Assembly: GCA_951406725.2 (NCBI GenBank)
Contig: OX597830.1
Location: forward strand, 34,596,001 to 34,660,000
DNA from: Octopus vulgaris
Taxonomy: Eukaryota
Length of the DNA stretch: 64,000 nucleotides
Direction: 5' to 3'
Shown piece by piece: positions 38,296 to 53,097 of the stretch. Position 1 is the first letter of the stretch, and the number at the start of each line of letters is the position of its first letter. Position numbers and translations under genes: made by a program. The notes beneath the pieces are model-generated. The model ran no database searches, was not told the origin of the DNA, and was given only the letters and a program-made list of their open reading frames with translations.

Positions 38296-38927
38296 GGTAG
38301 CGAGCTGGCAGACTCGTTAGCGAGCTAGAAGAAATGCTTAGCGGTATTTCGTTTGCCGCTACGTTCCGAGTTCAAATTCCGCCGAGGTCGACTTTGCCTT
38401 TCATCCTTTCGGGGTCGATTAAATTAAGTACCAGTTACGCACTGGGGTCGATATAATCGACTTTATCCGTTTGTCTGTCCTTGTTTGTCCTCTCTGTGTT
38501 TAGCCCCTTGTGGGTAGTAAAGAAATAAGTATTTCGTCTGTTCTGAGTTCAAATACTGCGGTGGTCGACTTCGCCTTTCATCCTTTCGGGGTCGATAAAT
38601 TATGTACTAGTGAAACACTGGGGGTCGATGTAATCGACCAACCCCTCCTCCTAAATTTCAGGCGTTGTGCGACAGTTAGAAAGCATTAATTTGATTATTA
38701 TTATTATTATCAAAAGGCGGCGAGCTGGCAGAATCGTTAGAACGCTGGAGGAAATGCTTAGCGGTATTTCGACCGTCGCTACGTTCTGAGTTCAAACTCC
38801 GCTGGGGCCGACTTTGCCGTTTGTTCTTTCGGGGTCGATAAATTAAGTACCAGTGAAACACTTGGGTCGATTTAATCGAGTAGTCCCCTCCCGCAAAATT
38901 TCAGGCATTGTGCCTTTAGTAGGAAGG
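38296..38927 (+). mobile_element. SINE family A dimer (38296-38683) plus monomer (38716-38927)
   Basis: Two GG(C/T)(G/A)GCGAGCTGGCAGA heads, each preceded by (ATT)n. Confidence 0.92.
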
Positions 38928-39744
38928 ATTGTTATTATGGCTATTATGGTGGTGGCATGACTATGTTGATGCCAGTGATGTTCTGTTGGCGCAGAGAGAA
39001 ATTGGATAGTTATAGGGAGAGAAAGAGGACATTGAGAAGACGGGTTTTTGATGAACTGAGGTAGAAGGTTTGCGGGTGGTAGTGGGGTTTGATGTCAAGC
39101 AGGTAATGACAATCAGTTATTTGTTCGTGTAATTCCGAGCAACTGCTGTGCAACACTGCAATTTTAAATAAATAAATATGCACAGAAATATAAATAAACA
39201 AATAGTTTGAAAATAAAATAAATATTGTAAACGACAACAAAATTTAGATGTGTTCAATTTGTGCATTTAAGTGACTGTTTTTGCATGTGCGTACGATGTG
39301 TGCATGTGTAACGTTCGTACGAACGTGTGACTTTGTCGCAGGGTGGTTGTGGGTGGATGATCGAAGGAAGACAGAAAGATACAGAGGGGATAGGGGGAGT
39401 GGGAGGAGGAGAGGTTTGAATATGGTTGGGAAGGGTATTTTTTAAAAATTTCTTTAAAAATGAAAAAAAGATAAATATATTTATATAAATAAATAAACAA
39501 ATAAATAAATAAGGCTAAAAATCAGTAAAGAGGAAGGAAAGTTTAACTTTTAGATTAATAGGGGCAATAAAGGCCGGGGGTTGGTTGGGGGGGGGAGATG
39601 TTTGTGAGGTGAGAAGTGAGGTGAATGGGGGAGGGGGAAGACAAGTGACAGCAGTGGGGAGGATAGGTGAAGGAGGGAGGAGGAAGGAAAAGGAATGATA
39701 ATCTAATGGGGACGTAGGAGACGGAGATGGGGAAAACTGTGAAT

Positions 39745-39790
<46 letters not shown>

Positions 39791-40208
39791 AGACAATGAC
39801 AATAGAAACCAAACTTCACGCTTGGAACTTATGATATATGATGCTGTTCAGACTTCGAAACACATACACACGTATACGCATAAACACACACATGCACACT
39901 ATTCTAAGCACTCTTTCACACTATAAAATAAACACATACATACATTCGTACGTACAGACACATTTATGCAAACGTGCGCACAAGCTTACGCTCGCATGCA
40001 GACGAAAATATTAGAATTTGTACGTTTCTATAAAGCAATGATTTGTTTGCGTCAGTATTGTATGCAATGCTTTGTCATGTGTGCGGAGAGATAACGCACT
40101 CATCTATGCATGATTGTCATTTCTGATATCACTAATAGCGGCGATCTTATGGCTGCTATGCTGGCCCGTATCCGTATATATATATATATATATATATATG
40201 CTATTTTA

Positions 40209-40353
40209 CTCTTTTACTTGTTTCAGTCATTTGACCGTGGCCATGCTGGAGCACCGCCTTTAGTCGAGCAAATCGACCCCAGGACATATTATTATTAGTA
40301 CTTATTCTATCGGTCTCTTTTGATGAACCGCTAAGTTACAGGGACAAACACGG

Positions 40354-40396
<43 letters not shown>

Positions 40397-40574
40397 AACA
40401 TCCAAATATACGACGGGGTTTCTTTCAGTTTCCGTCTACCAAGTCCACTCACAAGGCTTTGGCCGGCCCGAGGCTATAGTAGAAGATACTTGCCGAAGGT
40501 GCCACGCAGTGGGAATGAAGCCGGAACCATGTGCTTGGTAAGCAAGCTACTTACCACACAGCCACTCTTGCACC
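40209..40574 (-). mobile_element. SINE family B
   Basis: Reverse complement of family B with small deletions; (TA)n flanks. Confidence 0.9.
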
Positions 40575-40636
40575 TATATATATATATATATATATATATC
40601 GTTAAATTCACGAGCAGTTAATTCACGTTAACTTCA

Positions 40637-40697
<61 letters not shown>

Positions 40698-40700
40698 GTG

Positions 40701-41067
40701 GCACTCCGTCGGTTACGACGACGAGGGTTCCAGTTGGTCCAATCAACAAAACAGCCTGCTCGTGAAATTAAAGTGCAAGTGGTTGAGAACTCCACAGATA
40801 CATGTACCCTTTACGTAGTTCTCGGAGAGATTCAGCGTGACACAGTGTGTGACAAGGGTGACCCTTTGAAATACAGGTACAACAGGATCAGGAAGAAAGT
40901 TGTGGTTAAGGAGTACAGCAGTGTTCGTCACCATCCCCTGGGGGAACCTCATGGAGCTTTAAGTGTTTCCGCTGAATAAACGCTCACAACGCCCGGTCTG
41001 GTAATCGAAACTGCAACCCTACGACCGCGAGTTCGCCGACCTAACCACTGCGGCATTGCGGCTCCAC
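40701..41067 (-). mobile_element. SINE family C, tail type 2
   Basis: Colinear with 32532-32910. Confidence 0.9.
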
Positions 41068-41149
41068 ACATATATATATGTATATATATGTATGTATATA
41101 TATATACATATATGCATTAAACAAAAGAAAATATTAAATCCTTTTCAAC

Positions 41150-41262
41150 AAAAAAGCTCGATAGAATAAGTATCCGGCTTAACAAAAATAAGTTCATTCA
41201 ACTAAAAGCTCTTCAGGAGGGTGCTCCAGATTGGCCGTAATTAAATGAAAAACAAGTAAAAG
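41150..41262 (+). mobile_element. SINE family B 3' fragment (an inverted 3' fragment lies at ~41785-41905)
   Basis: gatagaataagta...ggtgctccag...aaacaagtaaaaga. Confidence 0.65.
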
Positions 41263-41649
<387 letters not shown>

Positions 41650-41715
41650 GTGTGTGAGTGTGTTTCTGTGTATATATATGTATATATATATCTATATACA
41701 TATATATATGTACAA

Positions 41716-41779
<64 letters not shown>

Positions 41780-43439
41780 TTTACCTTTTACTTGTTTCGT
41801 TCATTAAATTGCGGCCAAGCTGGAGCACCATACTGAAGAGCTTTTAGTTAAATGAATCGACCCCAGGACTTACTTTTGTTAAGCCTGATACTTATTCTAT
41901 CGATTTTTATTTTGTCGAGATAGAATTTAAAGTTTTATTTTGTATAATCTTTTTCTCAAACTTTAAGAAAATCTGTTTTTTAAATTTTTAGATATTTTTG
42001 TTTTGTTTTGTAATATTTCTTTTTCAGGCTTTTTTTTTTTTGTTTACTTTGATTCTTTTTCTTTCATGTACGAGTTCAAGTCCTTGGTTCATGTTTTGAT
42101 GATTCTGAAACACAAAATAAATAAACAGAACCAGCAGAGTTAAAGATAAAACCCTTTCTTAGAATTACAAAACAACGACAACAACAACAACAACAACCAC
42201 AGCAATAATAATATTAATAATAATGATAATAATAATAATCAATAAATAAACAAATAAATGAAAATGAAAATAAAAATAATTCCAAAATTAAGACAAAAGA
42301 ATTTAACAAAACCGAAAGTTAAAACAACAACAATCTCAGTAACAATAATAATAATAACAACAACCCCAATATATGTATACGTGTGTATGCATGCGCATGG
42401 ATGTATTCATACATAAATACACACACACACACACAGATATATATATGTATATATGTATGCATGTATTTATGTATCTGGAGAAAGAATAGATAGATAACCA
42501 AATAGGGAATGAAATAAATAAATAAAGAAATAAAAAGCTTAGCTATTCAAGCAGTGTTGAAGATGTGTTAAACAATAGTGAAAAGAGGAAGTCGGTGCTC
42601 AGTGATGTGGTGCAGTGTGTAGTTATGTGCACAGCTGAGTGCATTTCTTTTCTATGTGTTTACGTTTAACATGATGTGGTGCGATGCGATATGTGTGTTT
42701 GTCCATGTGTGGTGTGTATTTGCGCGTGCATGTTGGTTTAACGTAATGCGTATTTCTGTATTTTTTGGGTGTGTGTTTTGGTTTCACATGGCGTTGGAAA
42801 GTGTATATGTGTGTGTGTACATTTTGGTTCATCATTGCGTTTGGGCAAGTGTTTGCATGCGTGTTTCATATATCAGTATAATTCATACACGCACATACTT
42901 TTAGACATATATATATATATGTGTGTGAGACTGTGATTCTGTGTGTCGGTTTAATGTATGTATGCACTTATTGTGGTGTGTGCATGATATATATTTGTGT
43001 AGTGTTTATGAATTAGTGTATATATGTTGGTTTAACACTCTGTGTGTGTATATATATATATATATGTATGTATGCATGTATGTATGTATGTATGTATGTA
43101 TGTATGTATGTATGTATGTATGTGTTTAGCTTTGGTTTAGCTTTGTGTATGCATTGTTGTGTAAGATTAAAGGGGGCGGAGGGAGGGCGTGGAGGAGACG
43201 CTGCTGAAGAAGGAGGAGGAGGATTGAAAGGGACGGGGTAGGGGAGAATGAAATGACAAATTTATTGTAATTAAAACACATGTGAAAAATGAAAAACAAA
43301 AAAAACAAAATAAAATCAAAGACAAAATATATAAATAAATACACAAGTGAAACCAAAATAAATTGAAATAATCCGAAATAAAGGAGAGAAGAATGGAATA
43401 AAATATTGAAACAATCATGGGAAGATAATAGGTAGCATG

Positions 43440-44030
43440 GTAACGGTGGGGAGCGTTGGTGGTGGTGGTGGTAGTGGTAGGGTCCTAGAGATGGTGGTGA
43501 TTGGGGTCCTATAGGTGGTGATGGTGGGTTCCCAGAGGTGGTGGTGCTGATCTTGGTATGTGGTGGGGTTCAGTAGTTGGTGGTGATGGCTTTGGTATTG
43601 GTGAAAGTTTTGGGCGTGGTGGTGAGTGTGTCTTTGAGGTTGTGATGGTGGTGGTGGTGGTGGTTTTAGCTGTGGTGGCGTTGGTGTTGGTGGTATTGTT
43701 GTTGACCTTGGTGATGGTAGTGGTACTTATAAGTGGTGGTAATTGGTGGTGGTTATACGCGGATGCCTTGTTGCTGTTGTTGGTGGTGGTTTTGGCGGCG
43801 GCGGTGGTGGCGTTGATGGTGGAGGTTGTGGTGGTGGTAGTGACGTTGATGATGGAGATTGTGGTGGTAGTGGTGGTGGTGGTGGTCTTGGTGGTAGTGC
43901 TGATCTTGGAGTTGGAAGTTGTGATTACGGGTGGTAACTGTGGAGGTTGTTGAGATTGTGGTATTGGTGGCGGCGGTGGCGGTTGTAGTGGTGCTGGAGT
44001 TGATAGAAGTTATAGTAGTAGTAATGGTAG
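43440..44030. repeat. Degenerate (GGT/GTT/GAT)n low-complexity tract
   Basis: Source of the poly-V/G/H ORFs. Confidence 0.85.
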
Positions 44031-44107
44031 ATATGTGAAGTTTTGTTGTCATATAGTAAAGATGTGATATGTGGACGGTTATGATCCACATATCACAGAG
44101 CTATAAT

Positions 44108-44445
44108 CTTTTCTACTCTAGGCACAAGGCCCGAAATTTTGGGGGAGGGAGCCAGTCGATTTGGTCGACCCCAGTGCGCAACTGGTACTTAATTTATCGA
44201 TCTCGAAAAGATGAAAAGCAAAGTCAACCTCGGCAGAATTTGAACTCAGAACGTAAAAATAGATGAAATACCACTAAGCATCTCGCATTCCGGTTCCAGC
44301 CGTGACCATCTTGTCTTATATCTTTTAATGCTTAGTGGCATTTTGTCCGTCTTTATGTTCTGAGTTCAAATCCCACCGAGTTCGTCTTTTTCTTATCATT
44401 CTTTCGGAGTTCGATGAAATAAGTACCAGTTAAACTCTGGAGTCA
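44108..44445. mobile_element. Two family A SINE fragments in inverted orientation (44108-44282 minus; 44327-44445 plus)
   Basis: gaactcagaac...ccactaagca versus tgcttagtgg...gttctgagttc. Confidence 0.85.
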
Positions 44446-44619
44446 ATGGTGGTAACCTCGGTGGTGATGGGGGTCGTTGGTAAAAGTGTAAAGGGAGTAC
44501 TAGTGTGGAGATGGGGGGATAAAATCACGAAACAAAGGATGAAAAGAGGTGGAGAAAAAAGAAAAGTGAATCAATGTTAAAAAAGAAGATAATAGATAAG
44601 GGATATTGCGACGGCGGCG

Positions 44620-45015
44620 GCGGTGTTGGTGGTCGTGGTAGTGGTGGTAGTGGTGGTAGTGGTTGTGGTCGTAGTTCTGTTGATAATTGAGGCGGTGGTG
44701 GTTGTAGTTGCGATTGTGTTTGTTGTAGTATTTGTGGTTGTGATGGTGGTGATAGTTGTGATTTTGATGGTGGTGACTGTTGTGGTTGTGGTGGTAGTTG
44801 TGGTGATGGTGATCGTGATGGTGATAGTTGTGGCTGTTGTTGTGGTGGTAGTTGTGGTTGTGGTGATGGTAGTTGTAGTGCTGGTGATAGTTATGGTTGT
44901 TGTTGTGGTAATGGTGATAGTTGTGGTTGTTGTGGTGGTAGTTGTAGTGATGGTGATAGTTGTGGTTGTGGTGATAGTTGTGGGCGATGGTGGTAGCTAT
45001 GGTTGTGGTGGTGGT
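44620..45015. repeat. Trinucleotide-derived minisatellite (GTGGTGATAGTTGTGGTT-like units)
   Basis: Recurrent 18-24 bp units; reads NHNYHH repeats on the minus strand. Confidence 0.8.
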
Positions 45016-45297
45016 ATAAATTATAGAAAGATAGAATAAAATATTTAAAAAAAAAACAAGCAGTGAGGCAGATAGAGAAAGAGGGGAAAGATATGAATCT
45101 AAATAGAGACAGAGAGGAAAAAGAGTGACGTTTAGATAGAGAAAAGGAGGGAGAGACAGAGGCGGGAAAGAGAAATAACGAGATAATTTAAAATGTAGAA
45201 TCATTCATTTTACAGATAACCTAAAATAATGAGAAGTAAATGAAAACGAAAAGGAAGGCAGAGAGAATGGTCTGAAAATAATATAAAAGCAACAGAG

Positions 45298-45355
<58 letters not shown>

Positions 45356-45650
45356 TGGGGAGAAGGGAACGGGATCCAAAATTTCTTTGTTTCTTATATT
45401 CATACAAAATAAATAATGAATAATAGAAATAAAAAAAAATAATAAAATTCCGAGTAATAAATGAGAGAAATGAGAATTTGTGACGTTTAAATATTTTCTT
45501 AAAATACTTGACAGAATCAAGGGTGGAATGAAATGGATTTCGGTTATGGAATTGAAAGAGTGAGGAAGATTAGAGATAAGCGTGCAAAACCAATGACATC
45601 ATCATCGACGTCGACGTCGTCATCATTATCATCAGCATCAACATTAATTA

Positions 45651-45860
45651 TTTCAAATTTTTGCCACAAGACCAGCTTGGGGTAGGTGGGGATGAGTCGA
45701 TTAGATCGACCCCAGTGTTTAACTGGTACCTATTTTATTGACCCTGAAAGAATGAATGGCAAAGTCGACCTCGGCGGAATTTGAACTCAGAACGTAACGA
45801 CGGGCAAAATACTAGTAAGCATTTTGTCCAGCGTGCTAACGATTCTGCCAGCTCGCCGCC
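45651..45860 (-). mobile_element. SINE family A monomer
   Basis: Ends ttctgccagctcgccgcc. Confidence 0.9.
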
Positions 45861-46156
45861 TTATCATCACCAATAACGATAAAAGCAATGAGCTTTTTCA
45901 GAAGTATATGGCTAGAAAAACTTTGAGTAAGAAGAAAATAAAGTTTGTGGTTGCATGGAAGGAAGTAAAAACGATGTTCACTTCATCAAGATTAGAACTC
46001 AAAACGGAAGTAATACTATGTTCGTGGCATTTTGTCCGACGCTCAAATGATTTTGCTATTCCACAAACAAAAATAATAGTATGAACATCTCTCCCTCTTT
46101 CTTTCCCCACTCTCTTTATATGCATATATGTGTATATGAATATATACATATATATA

Positions 46157-46320
46157 GGCGCAGGAGGGGGCTGTGTGGTAAGTAGCTTGCTTACCAAGCA
46201 CATGGTTCCGGGTTCAGTCCCACTGCGGGGCACCTTGAGCATGTGTCTTCTACTATAGCTTCGGGCCGACCAAAGCCTTGTGAGTTGATTTGGTAGACGG
46301 AAACTGAAAGACGCCCGTTG
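46157..46320 (+). mobile_element. SINE family B 5' half (a diverged 3' half lies at ~47310-47525)
   Basis: Head through GGAAACTGAAAGACGCCCG, then (TA)n. Confidence 0.88.
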
Positions 46321-46378
<58 letters not shown>

Positions 46379-47163
46379 TGTTTAACAGTGTGTATTTTAT
46401 GCACAATTTAGCGCGAATCAAGACCAATATGAATTTAAATATTAGAAAGCCTTAGCTGTGAGAGAAAAATTATATGATGTAAACACATTCCTTCTATCCT
46501 TTAGTTGCGCGCAAAAATAAGAAGTGGGGCTTCTGATTAACCATTTCGCAGTATGTTGACAGCTCCTCGGAAGAGGGAATATTCAGCCAGTATAGAAAGA
46601 AGTCATAAATTAAGCTATTACTGTTGTAAGTCGCTTAATTGGTATGTTTGTACATTTGACAGCTCGTCATTAATTAAAGAATATATATTAAGAATTTTAA
46701 TATTTTTATGATTCTTATGGACAATCGTAAGAATTTTGATATTAGAGAACTTAAGTTTCAAGAAGAAACACACTTCTCTGATTTAGTTGTACGTAAGAAA
46801 AGAAGGGGAATGTTTCACGTTTTGTTTACTGCTTCTCAGAAGATATTAATTAATTTCCTCCCCCAAGGGATATCATTGAACATCCTACGCTTAATTTGCA
46901 AATTTGAGTTTTTGACCAGAAATTTAAAGTGTCAATATTTTGATGTTTTCTGCTGCCAATATTACTGGAGTTCTATCTTTGAGCAAAATTTAAAAAAAAA
47001 AAAAAATTCAACTGGAAACTTATTTCTGCACGGTGCGCAAATTAAGCTTGTGTCGTAGAAACAGGCAGCAACTGACCTGCAGCAAATTTGGCTGTTTCAA
47101 TTCAAGCCAAATACATATATTTGCGAGCGACGCTATATATATATATATATGTATATATATATG

Positions 47164-47219
<56 letters not shown>

Positions 47220-48007
47220 TGTGCATATGTGTGCGGGGATATGTGTATGTATATACCTATATATATATTTTCATATGTACATATCTATTTCTTTATTTAC
47301 TTATGTGTATTTGTCGTTGTTTCTGTTTTGTTCTACCCCCATACCGTTTGTCAACTGGTGTTGGTTTATGTGCACCCCCATAACTTAGTGATTCGGCAAA
47401 AGAGACCAATATAGCATAAGTCCCAAGCTTTAGAAAATATATTCACAGGGGTCGATTTGTTCTACGAAACGTTTTAAAGCGGTTCCCGTTGTGGCCACAA
47501 TCACATAACAGAAATAAGTAAAAGATGAAGATTGATAGTTATATGTGGTTTTTCAAAATGAACTTCACGCCAAATATAAATGAATATAATGGACAAGTGC
47601 GATACTTTTTTTTAAAATGATGCTGCAGATTACGCTTAACATTCAAATACATGCCAAAGTCAATGTACGTGTTGATTTTATTAATATATATATTTACAGG
47701 ATCCTCTGATCCTTGTAAACATCTATGGAGATACTTGGCAAAAATTCCTGTGCGATTGTCTGTGCGACTGTGAATATGTATGCGTGCTCTGTGCACCCAA
47801 CGAATCTAAATACAATCTGTACATAGATTGGTTGGGTATAGTGGTATTGTGATTAGTAGCTGCTTGTATTTATGTGTCTGTGATATGACCTAGGGCTGAG
47901 TGTGTTCATTTTGCTTGGTGTAGTTATAGTCCTGTTGTGTAAGAGATATATCGAACATGACCCTAACATCTCATCAAATGATAGAATTATAAGCCTGAAA
48001 GTATAAG

Positions 48008-48195
48008 ACTATCCAATGAACGGGACGCCAGTCCGTCGCAAGTTTAACACCCATCCCTCGCCTCCGTCACTGCTGGTACTCACTTTTTGATTGAGTGAAA
48101 TCAAGCAACGTGATATACAATTCCTCGCTAAGGATACAATATGCTGTCAGGTGTGGAAATTGAATCCTTGACCCATGACCTTTTATTGTGAGCTT
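48008..48195 (-). mobile_element. Old V/CORE-type SINE
   Basis: Minus strand ggattcaatttcc...ttgtatccttagcgagg...gagtaccagc...ttgcgacggactggcgtcccgt. Confidence 0.55.
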
Positions 48196-48236
48196 ATTTC
48201 CTTTATTTTTGGCCATTAATAGTCGTTAATATTGAT

Positions 48237-48445
48237 CTCAAATTTTGGCGCAAGGCCAGCAATTTAGGAAGAAGAGATAAGTCGATTATATCAACCCCAG
48301 TACTCAACTGGTACTTATTTAATCGATCCCGAAAGGATGAAAGGCAAAGTCAACCTCGGCGGAATTTGAACTCAGAACGCAGCGACAGACGAAATACCGC
48401 TAAGCCTTTCACCCGGCCTGCTAACGATTCTCTCAGCTCGCTACC
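48237..48445 (-). mobile_element. SINE family A monomer
   Basis: cccgaaaggatgaaaggcaaagtcaacctcggcggaatttgaactcagaacg. Confidence 0.9.
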
Positions 48446-49491
48446 TTCTAACAGTCCTTAAAATTAGAGATGTTTCTTACAACATCGTCATTTGCGAACA
48501 AAAGTTGGATTGTTGGTTAAGACTTTTGGTAGCTCGTCTGATTTAATGTAATCATTATTGCATCTCTAACATAATGATTTCTAGAGTGAATAGAACATAT
48601 CAAAGGCTGGCTAACAGTGTATGTGCAATGTTGATTGATTTTCACAAAGTCCATTAGCAGTGACATTGGAATTCAATAATCCGAAATCGGAATCGAAGTA
48701 TTCCAAAGCCATGTAAAGAATTTTATTTCTCTTAACTAGATTAAATTCATTTTAAATGATGAGACGCACTGGCTTCAAATTATAATGAAAATATTTATTC
48801 AGACCAATAAAGCTTCCCCAGTAAGGACATTTTAACGCGGTTGCTTGACCTCGCAGCGGTCCAGTATTCGTAAAGGTGCACTCTACTATCTTCAAAACAG
48901 GGAGAATATATCGATTAATGTGTCCTCTACAGAAATCCCCAAAATAAAAGACGTGGGGTTTGTGAAACCTCTCCCTAAATGTCCTTTCTGCTTGAAGCTG
49001 TTGACATTGCTGGAGCGAATGATATTGGTCGAAAGAGACAAAATCGCCGTGAACTCTAGATCCACAGTTGATGAAGGGTGCTCTTCCTTTATGTTATAAC
49101 TTATACGGTTCCGTTTTCCTCTGGGCCTATATGTACGTATGCTTTCGCATTAAAGTGGGTTGGGTTGTGGTTAGGGTGCAGAACTTATGATCGAAGAACC
49201 ATAGGTTCGACTTTCAGACCAGGGGGCGTGTTGCATCCTTGCGTATGGCTCTGTCTTCCCGTTGTACCTATCTACTCAGCTGAAATTAGCAGCGACCAAA
49301 TATTATTGAAGCCCTCCCTCCACTCTAGTAGTCGCATACCAAGTGTTCCGCTAGAAATAATGAAAAGATGTCTATATATGCCTGCAACATCATAGGTGAC
49401 TATGATAATTAGCAACAGCATGCCACCAAACAATACGAGCTCGCAAGTGACGGCAGTAAATTTGCTTAATGCACACAATCACGCGCACACG

Positions 49492-49522
<31 letters not shown>

Positions 49523-49543
49523 GTATATATATACACACACATG

Positions 49544-49585
<42 letters not shown>

Positions 49586-49662
49586 TAGATAGATAACATT
49601 GCATAAGCTAAGAGAAACCAACTACGAGAGTGATGTTTCTCTTATATAAATTATTTACCTTA

Positions 49663-49872
49663 CTCTTTTACTTGTTTCAGTCATTTCACTGTGGCCATGC
49701 TGGAGCACCGCCTTAAGTCGAGCAATGACTTATTCTTTGTAAGCCTAGTACTTATTCTATCGGACTCTTTTGCTGAACCGCTAAGTTACGGGGACGTTAA
49801 CACACCAGCATCGGTTGTCAAGCGATGTTGGGGGGTGGGCAAACACATACACAAACACACACACACTCACAT

Positions 49873-49913
<41 letters not shown>

Positions 49914-50088
49914 CATATATATACATATATAGAACGGGCTTCTTTCAGTTTCCGTCTACTAAATCCACTCACAAAGCTTTGGTCGGCCGAGGCTATAGTA
50001 GAAGACACCTGCCCAAGGTGCCACGCAGTGGGACTGAACCCGGAACCATGTGGTTGGTAAGCAAGCTACTTACTACACAGCCACTCCT
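49663..50088 (-). mobile_element. SINE family B, near full length
   Basis: Accounts for ORF 49691..50311. Confidence 0.92.
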
Positions 50089-51400
50089 TTCTAACATTCT
50101 CGACGGGACAAAACATCTAAGCAAGTTTGATGTTGTGATGTTCATACCATTTCATTTTCTATTGGGCACTAGAATATTACGTGAATTAGCTATCAAACTC
50201 AGATTTGAAATCAGTTCATTTCATTCATCAAAAAAAAACCTTTGTCCTACGACGCGGTCTGCCTGTAGAAACAAACAAAATGAAAAAGAAATAAACAAGA
50301 CATTGAAATAATACTCGAAAAAATTCAAGAGAAATTACGAAAGAACACGAAAAAATACAAAAAGATTTTTTAAAAGTCATTAAAAAAAATTTATTCTCTG
50401 TTAACAATTTTTCTCTTTTATTTTCATACATCAATGATTAACATTATTTTGTCTTTTGTTTTATATTTTTATTCTATATTGTTTTCTTTTAATTTTTTTG
50501 TTTTAAATTGCTTCTAATACCGTGAATAGAAATAATGGATTTAAGGGTTGGAATATTCGCAAGCGAGACAAATGGGTGATATGGCGAAAGTTGAAGTCCA
50601 GAATTGTCTTCCCTCCTATTTCCTTCCAGCTGCCCCTCCTTCCTTATGCTCTCACTTTTCGTTCATTGTTACCCTTTTCATTGTTTTTTTACAACCCTTC
50701 TTTTCTTTCTGTCCCCTTTTCTCTCCTGTTTTTCTCTTTTATTTTCTAACAGTATCATCCCTCATGTTAGTTGTCCGTAGTTACATTAACTTTCCCTATC
50801 TCTGTCTTGCCTTTTCTTTCTCTCTCTCTCTCTCTCTCCCTCCCTCAGTCATTTTCTTTAAATTCTTTATTCAGTTACTCTGGTTTGTCTCCCCCTCTCT
50901 TTCTCTCTTTCACTTTGTTTCATTTTCTCTTTCCGCAGATTCGTTCTCTCCATGTCTTCTTTCCTTTAATTCCTTAAATTTTGTTTTCCTTTTTCTTATT
51001 GTCTTAATAATTCCCCTTCTATTTTTCAATCTCTTTCACTATTCCTTCTCGCTCCCTTTCTGTTTTCTTTACTTTGTTTTTACCTAAGCCCTTCATTCGT
51101 ACGCCCTTACACCGAGTTTCTTGCGCTCCCTCTTCATTCTTAAAGATGGACAGGAAATCCATTGAGACCTCCCTCAACATTTTCTTTCTTTTCCTGTTTT
51201 ATTTTATCCATCCTGACGTCTTTCATGCCTCTTATTCTCCGCCTCTCTCTCTTTCCCTCTCTCTCTTTTTCTCTCTCTCTCTTTGTCTCTCTCTCTCTCT
51301 GTCACATACACGCACTTTATTTTTCTCTATCTATATCTCCCCCTCTCATCCTCTTTTTAATTTCATTTTTTTTATAGTTTTCTCTTTACTCGCCTTTCTG

Positions 51401-51448
<48 letters not shown>

Positions 51449-52764
51449 TCCATTTATATCCTGTTCCATTTTTTATCCTGTTGCCCTGTAACATCTGGAG
51501 TGAAATGAGACGAGAATGATGCATTAGATATTGCAATTCGTGCCTGCAAGATGATCCATGTTTATTGCGATCCAGACAGGACATGAATGCATCAAAGAAT
51601 TCACAGATTCTGAAATTCTTTGAAACGTAAAAAAAAAAATAATAATAATAAATACCATAAAGATATGAAAAACAAAAATAAAATTATTAATTATCATGGA
51701 AATAAATTTAAAATATAATAAATTTCAATTTAAACCAAAAAAAAAAATAATAAATAAAACTAATAAAAATCACAAAAGAAAGTTAGGTTCGACCCTTGGT
51801 CATGATCCGTAATTATCATGGCAACTGTTTTGAAAAGGTGACATTGTCTCCTCTCCTTTCTTTTCTTATCCTATTCTTCATTTTTCCTGCTCCTCCATGC
51901 TTCCCCGTCTTCCTCTTGTCCATATATATATATATATTCCTTAAATTTCTTGAATACAAAATGCAGAGAAGGATTCAAAATAATATAAAATATTGTTTTT
52001 GCTCTGTACAAATAGAAATGTGGAAATTGAAGCTTTGAGATAATTAACAAACTATATATGTCGAATGGAGGCTGGTTAAACACAAGGTAAAATTGTAAGA
52101 CCGCCCTTTGTTGATAATTACTAAGAATAAATTTCTATACCAAGATGACAAGGTAGGGAGTGACAACGTTCTGCTATAAGCTCTAGTAGTGTGTCATTTG
52201 CTTGACAAAATTCGATATACTTTGTTTTATGATATTCTGCTACCTGGCTGTATTTAATATTGTGGGCTGTTAACTGTAAGAAATCCCACATTATGTAACG
52301 TGGAATAGGATTACGTAAGGTTACTTCTGTTGATTTTGGGCTGTTGTCTTTCCGAATACTCTCTCCAAATTCAACTACCGCTGTTTTGTTGCTATCTTGT
52401 CATTCAACTGGTTTTATTGCAGATCTCTTCACTTGGTTATATACTATAGCTTATCAGAATAAAGTAATTGCGGATTGTGTGTGTTTGCATCAATTGTAAA
52501 GTATATTTTTGAGTCATATGCCAGTTGTGGGTTCCTTTGTTTCAAGCGACAATTCGCTCTAGAATGACGTAGAATGAATGAAGATTATCACTGTAACTGA
52601 TGAAGACAGCGTGTTTCGTTCCCTTATCATAAAGATAAGCTTTTTTCTGGTCGATGATGCGACTATCAATTCCAAGAGTCAAGTTCAATCCGATATGCCA
52701 AGAATTAAATTCAATGAAGTATTCCGTTACACATACACACGTGCGCGCGTTTAACACACGCACA

Positions 52765-52794
52765 TATATATGTGTATGTATGTATAAATATGTA

Positions 52795-52830
<36 letters not shown>

Positions 52831-52980
52831 TATATATGTATATATATATATATGTATGTGTATATATATATATACATATGTAGGAATATATGTGTATATA
52901 TATACATATGTATATATATATATATGTGTGTGTATGTATGTATGTATATATATATATATGTGTGTGTGTATATATATGTG

Positions 52981-53031
<51 letters not shown>

Positions 53032-53063
53032 ATGTATATATATATATGTATATATATATATGT

Positions 53064-53097
<34 letters not shown>

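Noticed and set aside
39057-39078. let-7-like TGAGGTAGAAGGTT
   Set aside because: Seed match only; the 3' half differs and there is no complementary hairpin arm.
44500-45204. 234-aa His/Asn/Tyr-rich ORF resembling a metal-binding or structural protein
   Set aside because: Coincides with a trinucleotide-derived minisatellite that is open on both strands; its N-terminal part is a pyrimidine tract.
48840-49080. Possible CR1-like RT fragment on the minus strand (ILGISVEDTL)
   Set aside because: Only one short motif; too degenerate to call.
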